NCBI GenBank assembly: GCA_021789495.1
Contig: JAJYJM010000001.1
Coordinates: forward strand, 4,018-68,017
Source of the DNA: Nitrospirota bacterium
GTDB lineage: Bacteria > Nitrospirota > JACRHJ01
DNA: 64,000 bases
Direction: 5' to 3'
In this document: piece after piece, positions 34,647-43,534 of the stretch
Position numbering within the stretch: the first letter of the stretch is position 1
Layout of the letters: each line of letters opens with the position of its first letter
The notes under the pieces: generated by a model
What the model saw: the letters and a program-made list of their open reading frames with translations, nothing else
What the model was told of the DNA's origin: nothing
Database searches by the model: none
Made by a program: the position numbers and the translations under genes

Positions 34647-35297
34647 ATGAGACTTAAAACTATCGCGGCTTTCGTGGTATTCTCCGTCTTTATCGCTTCC
34701 CAGGCGTTTTGCGCCGGGACGGGCGGACAGATCTCTTCCAATTCCGGCTTCCTGCTTCAGGGCTCGGTATACAAGCAAAGCGGCGCGATAAGGAACGGAA
34801 TCATCGTCATCCACACAAGCTGGAAGCTTCCGGCCATCGCGCCCACGTACAGGTACGATTTCGATATCCTTCGCGGCAATACGGAAGGCAGCCTTTACAG
34901 CTTCATGCTCTCCGACGTCTCCCGGATGGAGTTCCTGCCCGTCGAAGGCGACAGACAGCCGGTGAACATACTGCTCAGAAACGGCGCGATGCAGAAAGTG
35001 ATACTGTCGTCTGAGAGCGAAGGCATTTTCGGCAACATGAACCTGCAAGTGAAAGAAGTGGACGTCTTTACGCGCTACGGAGAGAATATAATCTCCGGCG
35101 GAGACGTCCAGAAGATAGTATTCACCGCCCCGCCAGATATGCAGAACCAGTCCCTTGGCGACGTGATAAACCTGCTCGGCAAGACGCTCCATGCAGGCGC
35201 GAAGGACGGGCTGGCGGATAAAAAATTTATGACCGTGCTGGAAAAATTATATTCAAGGCTGAAGGTAAAGGCCGGAGAAATTAGCGGAAACAAGTGA
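34647..35297 (+). CDS. Exported hypothetical protein
   Basis: Signal peptide, strong RBS, inserted between lolE and lolD with GTGA overlap. Confidence 0.7.
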   Translation: MRLKTIAAFVVFSVFIASQAFCAGTGGQISSNSGFLLQGSVYKQSGAIRNGIIVIHTSWKLPAIAPTYRYDFDILRGNTEGSLYSFMLSDVSRMEFLPVEGDRQPVNILLRNGAMQKVILSSESEGIFGNMNLQVKEVDVFTRYGENIISGGDVQKIVFTAPPDMQNQSLGDVINLLGKTLHAGAKDGLADKKFMTVLEKLYSRLKVKAGEISGNK

Positions 35298-35977
35298 GCG
35301 CTCCGTTCATCATATCCGTCCACGGCCTGCTGAAATCGTTCCGCATGGGAGACTCCGAGGTCTCGGTCCTGAAGGGCATCGACCTCGACATCCCGCATGG
35401 GGAAATGCTTTCCATTGTCGGCGCGTCGGGCGTCGGGAAAAGCACCCTTCTGCACGTAATCGGGGCGCTGGACAAACCCACGTCCGGCCAGGTCCTCTAC
35501 GACGACAGGGACATCTTCGGAATGCCTGACAGGGAGCTTGCCTCGTTCAGGAACAAAAATATCGGGTTCGTGTTCCAGTTCCATCACCTCCTGCCGGAGT
35601 TCTCCGCCCTTGAGAATGTCCTGATACCGTCCATGATAGGGGGTATCGACCCGAAAACGGCGAGGCTCCGCGCCGAGGCGCTGCTCGATGAAGTGGGGCT
35701 TTCCGGGCGGCTTATCCACCGGCCCGGCGAGCTTTCCGGCGGGGAACAGCAGAGGGTGGCAATCGCCAGAGCGCTGATGTCCGAGCCCAAGGTAATGCTC
35801 GCGGACGAACCTACCGGCAACCTCGATACGCATACCGCACAATCCGTGCACGAGCTTTTAAAGAAGCTGAACCGGGAAAAGGGCCTCACTTCCATAATTG
35901 TGACGCACAACGAGAAGCTTGCCGGGATGGCCGACAGGACGATACGCATGGTGGACGGCATCATATATCGCCCATAG
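35294..35977 (+). CDS. lolD: Lipoprotein-releasing ABC transporter ATPase
   Basis: GASGVGKST, GFVFQFHHLLPEF, LSGGEQQRVA, ADEPTGNLD. Confidence 0.92.
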   Translation: MSAPFIISVHGLLKSFRMGDSEVSVLKGIDLDIPHGEMLSIVGASGVGKSTLLHVIGALDKPTSGQVLYDDRDIFGMPDRELASFRNKNIGFVFQFHHLLPEFSALENVLIPSMIGGIDPKTARLRAEALLDEVGLSGRLIHRPGELSGGEQQRVAIARALMSEPKVMLADEPTGNLDTHTAQSVHELLKKLNREKGLTSIIVTHNEKLAGMADRTIRMVDGIIYRP

Positions 35978-36036
35978 GCGCTTTTGCGGTTATTTCCCCG
36001 TTTCTTGAATCTGACAGGACTTCTTTGGAAGAACTT

Positions 36037-36876
36037 CTACTTTTCCCGCTTGAGAATATTCGCTATTCTCTCAGCCGCGTCGCTGACATCGGCGGGCAAT
36101 CCAACGTCCAGCCCCTTTTCCTGAAGCTCCTTGAAAAGCTCCACGAGAATGGGGAAATCGAGCCTTGCGTGCTTATAGTAATCCGTCCGGGAGAAAAGAT
36201 CCGCCGGCGTATCCCGCACCATTATCCGGCCCCCCTCACCCAGGACGTAAACGGAGTCCGCCATCCGGCTTACGATGTTTATGTCGTGCGTAGACATAAG
36301 TATGGACATGCCCCACTTCTTGTTCAGCTTGTTGAGGAGCGCGGCCAGCTCTTTCCGGGACATAGGGTCGAGCCCCTCGAACGGCTCGTCGAGCACCAGG
36401 AGTTCCGGCTTCAGCACAAGCGCCCCCGCAAGCGCAACCTTCCTCTTCTCGCCGCCGCTTAAGTAATGGCATACTTTCTTGCGGATATTGTTTATTCCAA
36501 GCTCGCTTAGCGCCTCGTCCACAAGGTGTTCAACACCGTGCTTCGGATAGCCGTAATTCCTCGGCGCGAACGAGACGTCTTCCTCTACCGTCGGCGCGAT
36601 AATCTGGTCTTCCACGTTCTGGAGCACCACGCCGATCTTCTCTCTTATTTTATCAAAATCCTTCGAGGGGTCGTATCCGAATACCTTTATGTCCCCCTTG
36701 TCCGCCTTCAAAAGCCCCAGGATATGGAACAGAAGCGTAGTCTTTCCGCTGCCGTTCGGGCCGATTATAACTACCCTCTCCCCCCTCCGGACGACAAAAT
36801 CAAGCCCGCAGAGATAAACCTCCGTGGAGTCGGGATATATATGTCTTATACAGCTTATGCGGACGATTTCTTCCAA
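36037..36876 (-). CDS. cbiO: ECF transporter ATPase
   Basis: GPNGSGKTT, LSGGEKRK, LDEP; follows cbiM-cbiQ. Confidence 0.85.
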   Translation of the reverse strand: MEEIVRISCIRHIYPDSTEVYLCGLDFVVRRGERVVIIGPNGSGKTTLLFHILGLLKADKGDIKVFGYDPSKDFDKIREKIGVVLQNVEDQIIAPTVEEDVSFAPRNYGYPKHGVEHLVDEALSELGINNIRKKVCHYLSGGEKRKVALAGALVLKPELLVLDEPFEGLDPMSRKELAALLNKLNKKWGMSILMSTHDINIVSRMADSVYVLGEGGRIMVRDTPADLFSRTDYYKHARLDFPILVELFKELQEKGLDVGLPADVSDAAERIANILKREK

Positions 36877-37658
36877 AACCTCAGGGCCTCCATCGACACA
36901 ACATAGATTGTAACAACAATTAAAATTATAATACCGCCCCCGGAAAAAGGGCCTTTCTTAAGGATTGCCATAATCAGGAAGGCCGCGGTAACCAAAAGAT
37001 ACGGCATGTCCCGAAGGCCCGGTCTTGAAATTTCCCTCCGGGCACAGAGCTTGCCGTTGTAGCCCCGTATGGACATTACGTCGTAGAGCCTCTGGCTCTT
37101 CTCGTATGCAAGTATGAAAAGCATCCCTATCCCCGCAGCCATGTTCGAGGCGTTGCTCACCATCCGCCTTGGTCTCAGCCCGCCGCGCAGCCTCAGGGCC
37201 GTCAGGAAATTGTTCATAAGCCCAAGCAGTATGAAGAACGAGCGGTATGTCATGAAAATCCCGTCCCTTATGACCTGCGGCATCCACCGGCCCGCGAGAT
37301 CCACGACCTCCGTAAACGGGGTTGTGGAAATGAGCAGTATCATCGCCGATGCGGCTGTAACGGCCTTCAGCATAATCGTCGCCGGCAATATCCAGCCGCC
37401 GGACGCGAGGCTCAGGGCGTAAAGTATCGTAAACGCCGCCGGCAGGAGCGATATTGCGATTACATATCTTACGGGAAGCATGGAGAGCCTCACTGTCATA
37501 AGCACGCTCAGGTACAGGCCCGCCAGCAGGCCCAGGTCCCACGTGATTATGACGGAGGCTATTACCATGGACGTGGCGATGACTTTTGAGACGGGCGAAG
37601 ACCTGTGTATGACGCTTTTCCCGGAAGCGGCCCAGTAATCTATCCGCGTGATGTCCAA
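36855..37658 (-). CDS. cbiQ: ECF transporter T component
   Basis: Multi-TM protein with LRG/IRG motifs, TTPF, TYRSFF. Confidence 0.8.
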   Translation of the reverse strand: MDITRIDYWAASGKSVIHRSSPVSKVIATSMVIASVIITWDLGLLAGLYLSVLMTVRLSMLPVRYVIAISLLPAAFTILYALSLASGGWILPATIMLKAVTAASAMILLISTTPFTEVVDLAGRWMPQVIRDGIFMTYRSFFILLGLMNNFLTALRLRGGLRPRRMVSNASNMAAGIGMLFILAYEKSQRLYDVMSIRGYNGKLCARREISRPGLRDMPYLLVTAAFLIMAILKKGPFSGGGIIILIVVTIYVVSMEALRFWKKSSA

Positions 37659-37667
37659 GTGCCCGTC

Positions 37668-38366
37668 CTATGAGATTATTTCAGGCTTGACCCTGCTGAT
37701 GAACCTTACAGCCACCCCAGTAACCAGGGCCTCTATAACCCAGCCTATCGGGCCGAGACCGAGGGCTGCGACGGCGAAAAATTTGAAATTGAAACCGGTA
37801 TTTATCTTCAAAAGCCCGCCCAGCGCCTTTGCTGGATGCGTCTCTATAATATCCCGTATCTCGCCGGACGACGGCAAGCTGAAGTTTATATTTGCGAGAT
37901 AGACTATGAGGAGCATGAGACATGTTGACATGAAGAGCGTAATGACCGTCGCGGCGGCGGCGGATTTGCCGGGTTTCGCCATTCTTCGGAAGACGGAAAA
38001 CAACCAATAGCCCATCACGCCCTCGAACCCTATGACAATCGTATTGAGGCCGACGGTCGTCACCCCGCCGTGCCCCACAAGCGATAGAATAAAGTTTACT
38101 ATGAACGCGGCCACGATAGCCAGCCACGGGCCGACTATGATGCCGGTTATGACGGACAGGTTCACGTGATAGGCTATCGGAGCCATTTCAAGGCTCATCC
38201 CGACGAGCATCATCGCGGACATCATGCCGAGGAGCGGCACCTTCTTCTTCAAGTCAACCTTGCGCACCATGAAAAGCGACAGGGCGACGGCTATCGCGGC
38301 TATAACATACCCGGTAAGCCAGAACCATACCGGAAGGACACCGTCCGGAATATGCAGGTGGGACAT
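37668..38366 (-). CDS. cbiM: Cobalt/nickel ECF substrate component
   Basis: HIPDG N-terminal motif, GHGGVTTVGLN, VIEALVTG. Confidence 0.85.
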   Translation of the reverse strand: MSHLHIPDGVLPVWFWLTGYVIAAIAVALSLFMVRKVDLKKKVPLLGMMSAMMLVGMSLEMAPIAYHVNLSVITGIIVGPWLAIVAAFIVNFILSLVGHGGVTTVGLNTIVIGFEGVMGYWLFSVFRRMAKPGKSAAAATVITLFMSTCLMLLIVYLANINFSLPSSGEIRDIIETHPAKALGGLLKINTGFNFKFFAVAALGLGPIGWVIEALVTGVAVRFISRVKPEIIS

Positions 38367-38737
38367 TACGACCTCCCTTTGAAGAAGTGAAACTCGGCGT
38401 CGAAAAGTATCGAGATTAACCAGCTGACGAGGCTGATTACGAGCGCGCCCCAGAAGGCCGGCCAGAAGCCCGTAACCTCAAACCCCGCCACTGCCCACGA
38501 GACGAGCTTCAGCATAAGGGCGTTTATCACAAGCGTAAAGAGCCCAAGCGTAAGGATATTGAGCGGCATGGTAAGTATTATAAGGACGGGCCTTATGAAT
38601 GCGTTGACAATCCCCAGGAGCGCGGCGGCGGTAACGCCCGACCGGAAGTTGAGGATATGGATGCCGTAGACCAGGTAGCCGGCTGCGAATACCGCGAGCG
38701 AGTTTATAAGCCATTTTATCAGCAGCCTGGGTATCAT
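38366..38737 (-). CDS. YvlD/phage holin family 4-TM membrane protein
   Basis: NAFIRPVLIILTMPLNILTLGLF..VINA motif. Confidence 0.85.
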   Translation of the reverse strand: MIPRLLIKWLINSLAVFAAGYLVYGIHILNFRSGVTAAALLGIVNAFIRPVLIILTMPLNILTLGLFTLVINALMLKLVSWAVAGFEVTGFWPAFWGALVISLVSWLISILFDAEFHFFKGRS

Positions 38738-38740
38738 TTT

Positions 38741-39214
38741 TTATTCGGCGGATTTCTTTTCCACCTTTGCCATCAGAAAATAGGAAAGAACCAGCACCAG
38801 CACTATCGCGGCGCTGACCCCAAGCTCCTCAAGAGAATAATAGTCTGCGTGCCCGTTAATGGACATCTGCGCCTCAAGCATCAATATCCGCCGCAGGCTC
38901 GAAATAATGCCTATCCCAAGGAAAGGCTTCAGAGAAAACTCCTGGCGCTTGAGATACCTGATGACCGTCCAGAAAAGCTCCATTATAATCAGGACGAACA
39001 GGATGTCGTTTATAATCAGGAGTATTGAGGATATGTTAACGGCGGCGAAATCCGTCGCCGTAAAAACAAGCATGAAAACGGCGGATAAAAGCAGCGCAAG
39101 CGCAACGAAAACGTGCACCACGTCGTCCGCGTAAATCAATATCTTCCGTATGGTGCAAATCAGCTTCGGGCTTCCACGCCCATTCTCGTTCTCCCTGGCC
39201 ATCCGCTCCTCCAT
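38741..39214 (-). CDS. PsiE-family membrane protein
   Basis: LFVLIIMELF, PFLGIGIISSLRRIL motifs; 4 TM helices. Confidence 0.75.
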   Translation of the reverse strand: MEERMARENENGRGSPKLICTIRKILIYADDVVHVFVALALLLSAVFMLVFTATDFAAVNISSILLIINDILFVLIIMELFWTVIRYLKRQEFSLKPFLGIGIISSLRRILMLEAQMSINGHADYYSLEELGVSAAIVLVLVLSYFLMAKVEKKSAE

Positions 39215-39331
39215 GCGTAATGCTCCGGTAAACTATGAAATATACCACGAGGATATATTCCATGACAATAAAAATAATACCAGAGAGGCGCGCTTCCGGC
39301 AAGGGAACGGGTAAAATACCGGCATGTTTTC

Positions 39332-39360
39332 TTGACTAACGCCTTAAATTAAAATATCAT
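39332..39360 (+). promoter_or_regulatory. Sigma70-type promoter of queD
   Basis: TTGACT-17 nt-TATCAT. Confidence 0.6.
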
Positions 39361-39400
39361 TAGAAGATTACCCGCACTGAAAAATACCGAGGGACATGAA

Positions 39401-39769
39401 ATGTACGAACTTATGATAGAGACGAAATTCGCCGCCGCGCACCAGCTAAGGAATTACGGCGGCAGATGCGAGAGACTCCACGGCCACAACTGGAAGGTGG
39501 TGGTCTGCGCCGTAGCGGAAAACTTAAACGAGATAGGTCTGGCGATGGACTTCAAGGAACTCAAGGACAACACGAACGAACTGCTTTCCATAGTCGAACA
39601 TGCGTTTCTTAACGAGGTGTTCCCGTTCACGGAGATTAATCCATCCTCGGAAAACATCGCAAAATGGATATACGAGGGCCTGTCCAAGAAGATCAACACG
39701 GAGGGCGTCCAGGTATCCATGGTAACCGTCTGGGAATCCGACACCGCTTCCGCAAGCTACTATGAATGA
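39401..39769 (+). CDS. queD: 6-carboxytetrahydropterin synthase
   Basis: FAAAH, CERLHGHNW, DF, NPSSENIA, VWES. Confidence 0.9.
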   Translation: MYELMIETKFAAAHQLRNYGGRCERLHGHNWKVVVCAVAENLNEIGLAMDFKELKDNTNELLSIVEHAFLNEVFPFTEINPSSENIAKWIYEGLSKKINTEGVQVSMVTVWESDTASASYYE

Positions 39770-41126
39770 AACGGAAAAACACGAGGAAATCATCCTTGGC
39801 GCAGCGGATGACGCAGCCGAAGCGCTGCGTGAAAAAGGCGCGAGAAGCTTCGACGTATACGTCCGATGGAACTCCTCCATAAGCGCCGAGGCCAAGGATA
39901 AAAAACTTGACGCCTTCGAACAGGCGCAGTCCTGGGGCGCGGGCATCAGGACGCTCATGCCGGATGGGCGGCTCGGCTTCTCGTTTGCCGCCGGGTCGGT
40001 TGAAGCGGTGCGCGATGCGGTTATTATGGCCCTGGAGAGCGCGCGCAACTCTGAGCCTGACGGCTCAAACAACATTCCCGTCCCATCCGGCGAGGCGTTC
40101 CCGGATATATTGGAATACGACGAAGAGGTCGCAGAAACCTCCGCGGATTATGCGGTTGCCCGCGCAATAGAGATCGAAGAAGCGGCAATTTCTTACGACC
40201 GCAGGATTACGAAGGTGCGCAAGGCGTCGGTGTCGATAACCACAGCCCTCTGGACAATAATAAGCTCGGAGGGCCTCAAGGCCCTCTCGCGCGGCACATG
40301 GCTTTCCTGCGGCGTAATGGCCGTCGCGGAAGAAGACGGAGACTCTCAGATGGGCTACGGGTTCGACTATTCCCGCAGGCTCTCCGGATTGGACTACCAT
40401 GCAGCCGGGGCGGAGGCGGGAGAAAAGGCCGTAAGCCTGCTCAAGGCACGGAAGACCCCGACAGGAAAATTCCCCGTGATACTTGAGAACATAGTCGCCT
40501 CGGAATTCCTTGGGACGCTTGCATCGTCGTTTTCGGGCGAATCTCTCGTGAAGGGCCGGTCGCTCCTGGCCGGAAAAACGGGAGAGAAGATATTCTCCGA
40601 CGCCATAAGCATCATCGACGACGGGACGCTCCCCGGGGGCCTTTCCACCCGCCCGTTCGACGACGAGGGCGCCGCATCGCGCAGAAATATACTGGTGCAA
40701 GGCGGGGTTTTTAAGGGCTTCCTGCATAACGCCTACACGGCCAAAAGAACGGGCGGCGCCTCGACAGGGAGCGCCGTCAGGGGCGGTTTCCGCTCCGCGC
40801 CGGGAGTCGGCCCCGCAAACCTCTACATCGAAAAAGGGAATTTAAACAAAAACGATCTTATCAGCCGCATCGACAATGGTCTTCTTGTCCGCGAAGTCCT
40901 CGGCATGCACACGGCAAACCCCATATCCGGCGATTTTTCCGTCGGCATCGCGGGCCTCTGGATAGAAAACGGCAGGGTCGCCTATCCAGTGCGCGAAGGC
41001 GCTATTGCGGGGAACCTCATCTCGATTTTTTCCGGGATCGACACGGTAGGGAGCGACCTGCGCTTCGTCGGCAGGCTCGGCGCGCCGTCGCTCTTGCTTA
41101 AGCCCATCTCCGTCAGCGGGAGCTGA
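39762..41126 (+). CDS. pmbA: TldD/PmbA family protein (PmbA/TldE type)
   Basis: PFDDEG, STGSA, HTANPISGDFS, GAPSLL; lacks the HExxGH of TldD. Confidence 0.85.
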   Translation: MNETEKHEEIILGAADDAAEALREKGARSFDVYVRWNSSISAEAKDKKLDAFEQAQSWGAGIRTLMPDGRLGFSFAAGSVEAVRDAVIMALESARNSEPDGSNNIPVPSGEAFPDILEYDEEVAETSADYAVARAIEIEEAAISYDRRITKVRKASVSITTALWTIISSEGLKALSRGTWLSCGVMAVAEEDGDSQMGYGFDYSRRLSGLDYHAAGAEAGEKAVSLLKARKTPTGKFPVILENIVASEFLGTLASSFSGESLVKGRSLLAGKTGEKIFSDAISIIDDGTLPGGLSTRPFDDEGAASRRNILVQGGVFKGFLHNAYTAKRTGGASTGSAVRGGFRSAPGVGPANLYIEKGNLNKNDLISRIDNGLLVREVLGMHTANPISGDFSVGIAGLWIENGRVAYPVREGAIAGNLISIFSGIDTVGSDLRFVGRLGAPSLLLKPISVSGS

Positions 41127-42384
41127 GATTATCATACATCCCGTCATCCGAACAAACCACCTGCGCCTTGCCGCCCTTGAACGCCGCCCAGACGCGCTCC
41201 CGGCGGAAATAAAGCGTAATTATCGAGCCGAACATAACAATGCAGGAGGCGGCAAGGGCCAGGAGGGCGCTCGGGTCGCGGTTGATGTCGAAGACGCTGT
41301 AGGAGAGCATGTCGAGGTCGGTGAACTTTACGTCCACGTCGGGGTTGTGAAAGGTATCATTCTGCGGCATCTTGAGGAATATCCAGCCGGAGGACTCCGG
41401 TTTTCCGTTCTTTAGTAAGGTTATCATTGCCGCCGGGTTCGCAAATTCGTCCGACTGTGAATATGGCGCGCCGTTTTCGTCAACGGCAAAGTCGCTTATG
41501 AAACCGTCCACCCGAACCCTGTAGGGCGTGTCGGGAATCTCTGCATAACCCGCAGTTTTCGGTATTTTCAGGTATCCGCCGGTCTTGTTGGATTTTACGG
41601 ACGCCCTGATAACGATGCCGTTTAGATCCTGCCCGAAATCGCGCTGATATATCGCCGCGCCGCGCACGAACATCGGCCTGTTCGCGCCCGCGAATGCCTG
41701 TTTTATCACGCTGCCGTCGCCCTTCAATGCGGTAAGTTTGCTCCCGTAGTCCTTCAGGCTCCCGTCCCGCCTGAAGTCCACCCGCACCTTGTCCAGCCGG
41801 AGGTAATAATCGCCCTCCGGGGCCTTGATTGTCCGGCCTTCGTTTATCCTGACACCGCCGTGCCTGTAGCCGGACACGGCGCTTATGAGGTGCGCCACGA
41901 GCACAAAAACGACACCGATGTGCACGACATACGGAATAAACGGAAGCCACCGGTTCTTCTCGGCGAAGAGCAGGTTGTCCTGAGCGAACACCCTGTATCC
42001 GCTCCTTGCAAGTTTCGCCGAAAGCTCCGCCTCCGGGATTTCGAGCAGGACGCCTTTTTCTCCTCCGGCCTCAACCTCGCGCAGGTTCGAGAGCGGGTCC
42101 CTGTATTTTTTTACGACCTTCGGCAGGCGATCAATCGTGCAGACGGACGTGTTTATGCCGAAGAGCAGGACGAGGAATATCAGGAGGAATAGCCACCAGG
42201 ACAGGGAGAGATGGCCGATGCCCGTCGTGAACAGAAAGGGGAAGAATATATTCATATCCATGTCCCCGAAGATTTGGGGATGGAAGTAAATCACGAACGA
42301 GCCGTACATGGCGACCGCCGTTATCGCCAGGACGAGGTATACGGTGAGCTTAAGCGAGTTGAAGAAATCCCAGAGTCGTCTCAC
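41113..42384 (-). CDS. resB: Cytochrome c biogenesis protein ResB/CcsB (system II)
   Basis: N-terminal TMs, NTSVCT, VVHIG conserved His, large periplasmic domain, DP + C-terminal TM. Confidence 0.8.
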   Translation of the reverse strand: MRRLWDFFNSLKLTVYLVLAITAVAMYGSFVIYFHPQIFGDMDMNIFFPFLFTTGIGHLSLSWWLFLLIFLVLLFGINTSVCTIDRLPKVVKKYRDPLSNLREVEAGGEKGVLLEIPEAELSAKLARSGYRVFAQDNLLFAEKNRWLPFIPYVVHIGVVFVLVAHLISAVSGYRHGGVRINEGRTIKAPEGDYYLRLDKVRVDFRRDGSLKDYGSKLTALKGDGSVIKQAFAGANRPMFVRGAAIYQRDFGQDLNGIVIRASVKSNKTGGYLKIPKTAGYAEIPDTPYRVRVDGFISDFAVDENGAPYSQSDEFANPAAMITLLKNGKPESSGWIFLKMPQNDTFHNPDVDVKFTDLDMLSYSVFDINRDPSALLALAASCIVMFGSIITLYFRRERVWAAFKGGKAQVVCSDDGMYDNLSSR

Positions 42385-42397
42385 AATAAACGGCCCC

Positions 42398-43177
42398 TTA
42401 TAGTTGGTGCGTGTTCTTCATAAAAATGCCGACGCCTATATACGTGAACATGGTTATGGCGAAACCGAGTATCGAAAGCCAGGCGACCCCCCTGCCGCGG
42501 AGCCTCTTTACGTAATATGCGTGCAGGAACCCGGCATAGAATATCCAGATAAGAAACGACCACATCTCCTTCACCTTCCACAGCCACCACGTCCCCCAGG
42601 CGAGATACGCCCAGATGCCGCCCACGACCATCGAGATTGTGAACAGGACGTAGCCGTAATAGGCCGTGCGGAAGACAAGTTCCTCAAGCCGCCTTTCGGC
42701 CTCGGCCTTCGAGACGAGATACAGCGCCGCGCCCGCGAAAGACGCCCCGAAGAACCCGTATCCTACGAAGGCCGAACCAACGTGCGTCGTGAACATCCAT
42801 GTATCGAGCGCGGGATAAAGCGGCGTGATTTGGCTGGGCGATATGCTCACCATGAACATCACCAGCGCGGCCAGCGGCATGAGGAAATACCCGATACGGA
42901 ATTCCCTGTAGCGTATCCTGACGAACCAGTATACGAAGCCTATCGACCAGGCGAACGAGGCGAGGGACTCGTACCTGTTGGCCATAGGGGCATGGCCGGA
43001 TTCAATCGTCCTGACGGCGAGCGAGAGGGTTATGGCCGCAAAATATAAAAGCGTCAGCGCCTCGGCGGCAATGAGCACGGGCTTTTTTGAAACCGCCGGC
43101 CTGAGCAGGAACACTGCTCCCGCGCCTATGGAAAGCCAGAGAGCGGCCACGCGCGCAACCGACTCGATGTTATGCAA
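42398..43177 (-). CDS. ccsA: Cytochrome c biogenesis protein CcsA/ResC
   Basis: HAPMANRYES, PAL..W...HV, GGIWAYLAWGTWWLW..KE, LH motifs. Confidence 0.88.
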   Translation of the reverse strand: MHNIESVARVAALWLSIGAGAVFLLRPAVSKKPVLIAAEALTLLYFAAITLSLAVRTIESGHAPMANRYESLASFAWSIGFVYWFVRIRYREFRIGYFLMPLAALVMFMVSISPSQITPLYPALDTWMFTTHVGSAFVGYGFFGASFAGAALYLVSKAEAERRLEELVFRTAYYGYVLFTISMVVGGIWAYLAWGTWWLWKVKEMWSFLIWIFYAGFLHAYYVKRLRGRGVAWLSILGFAITMFTYIGVGIFMKNTHQL

Positions 43178-43179
43178 TT

Positions 43180-43440
43180 TTACGGGTGCCTTTCAGGCGC
43201 GGGCTGCTGGGGAATGAACGAATAATTCTCCAGTTCGTCCTCGTATTTCCTGCGCCAGACGGAGTGCTCTTTGAGCCAGATGGAATAGTCCTTCATATTG
43301 GCTATGCCGTGCGCCTTCATAAAACCCGTTTCGGTAATATCTATTTTCGCCGGGCATGTCTTCGGGGTATCTCCCCAGGAAGAGTGCATGAAAAGGCCAA
43401 GTGAGAGGATGATAACGGTGAATTTCAGGAAATTTTTCAT
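43180..43440 (-). CDS. Small exported hypothetical protein
   Basis: GAGGA RBS, signal-peptide-like N-terminus, fills the copA-ccsA gap. Confidence 0.6.
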   Translation of the reverse strand: MKNFLKFTVIILSLGLFMHSSWGDTPKTCPAKIDITETGFMKAHGIANMKDYSIWLKEHSVWRRKYEDELENYSFIPQQPAPERHP

Positions 43441-43534
43441 AACTTCCTCAGTCTTATGGATTTACCGGAATGACAGGCTTTCTTGTATTGGAATATTAAT
43501 ACAGGCCGGTAAATTATTCAAGAGGAATTACGGA

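Noticed and set aside
38366..38737. Prophage remnant suggested by 'phage holin family' protein
   Set aside because: YvlD-like proteins are common chromosomal genes; no phage genes or integrase nearby
39215..39400. Cobalamin or preQ1 riboswitch upstream of the cbiM operon or queD
   Set aside because: No B12-box or preQ1 consensus discernible; region is explained by divergent promoters
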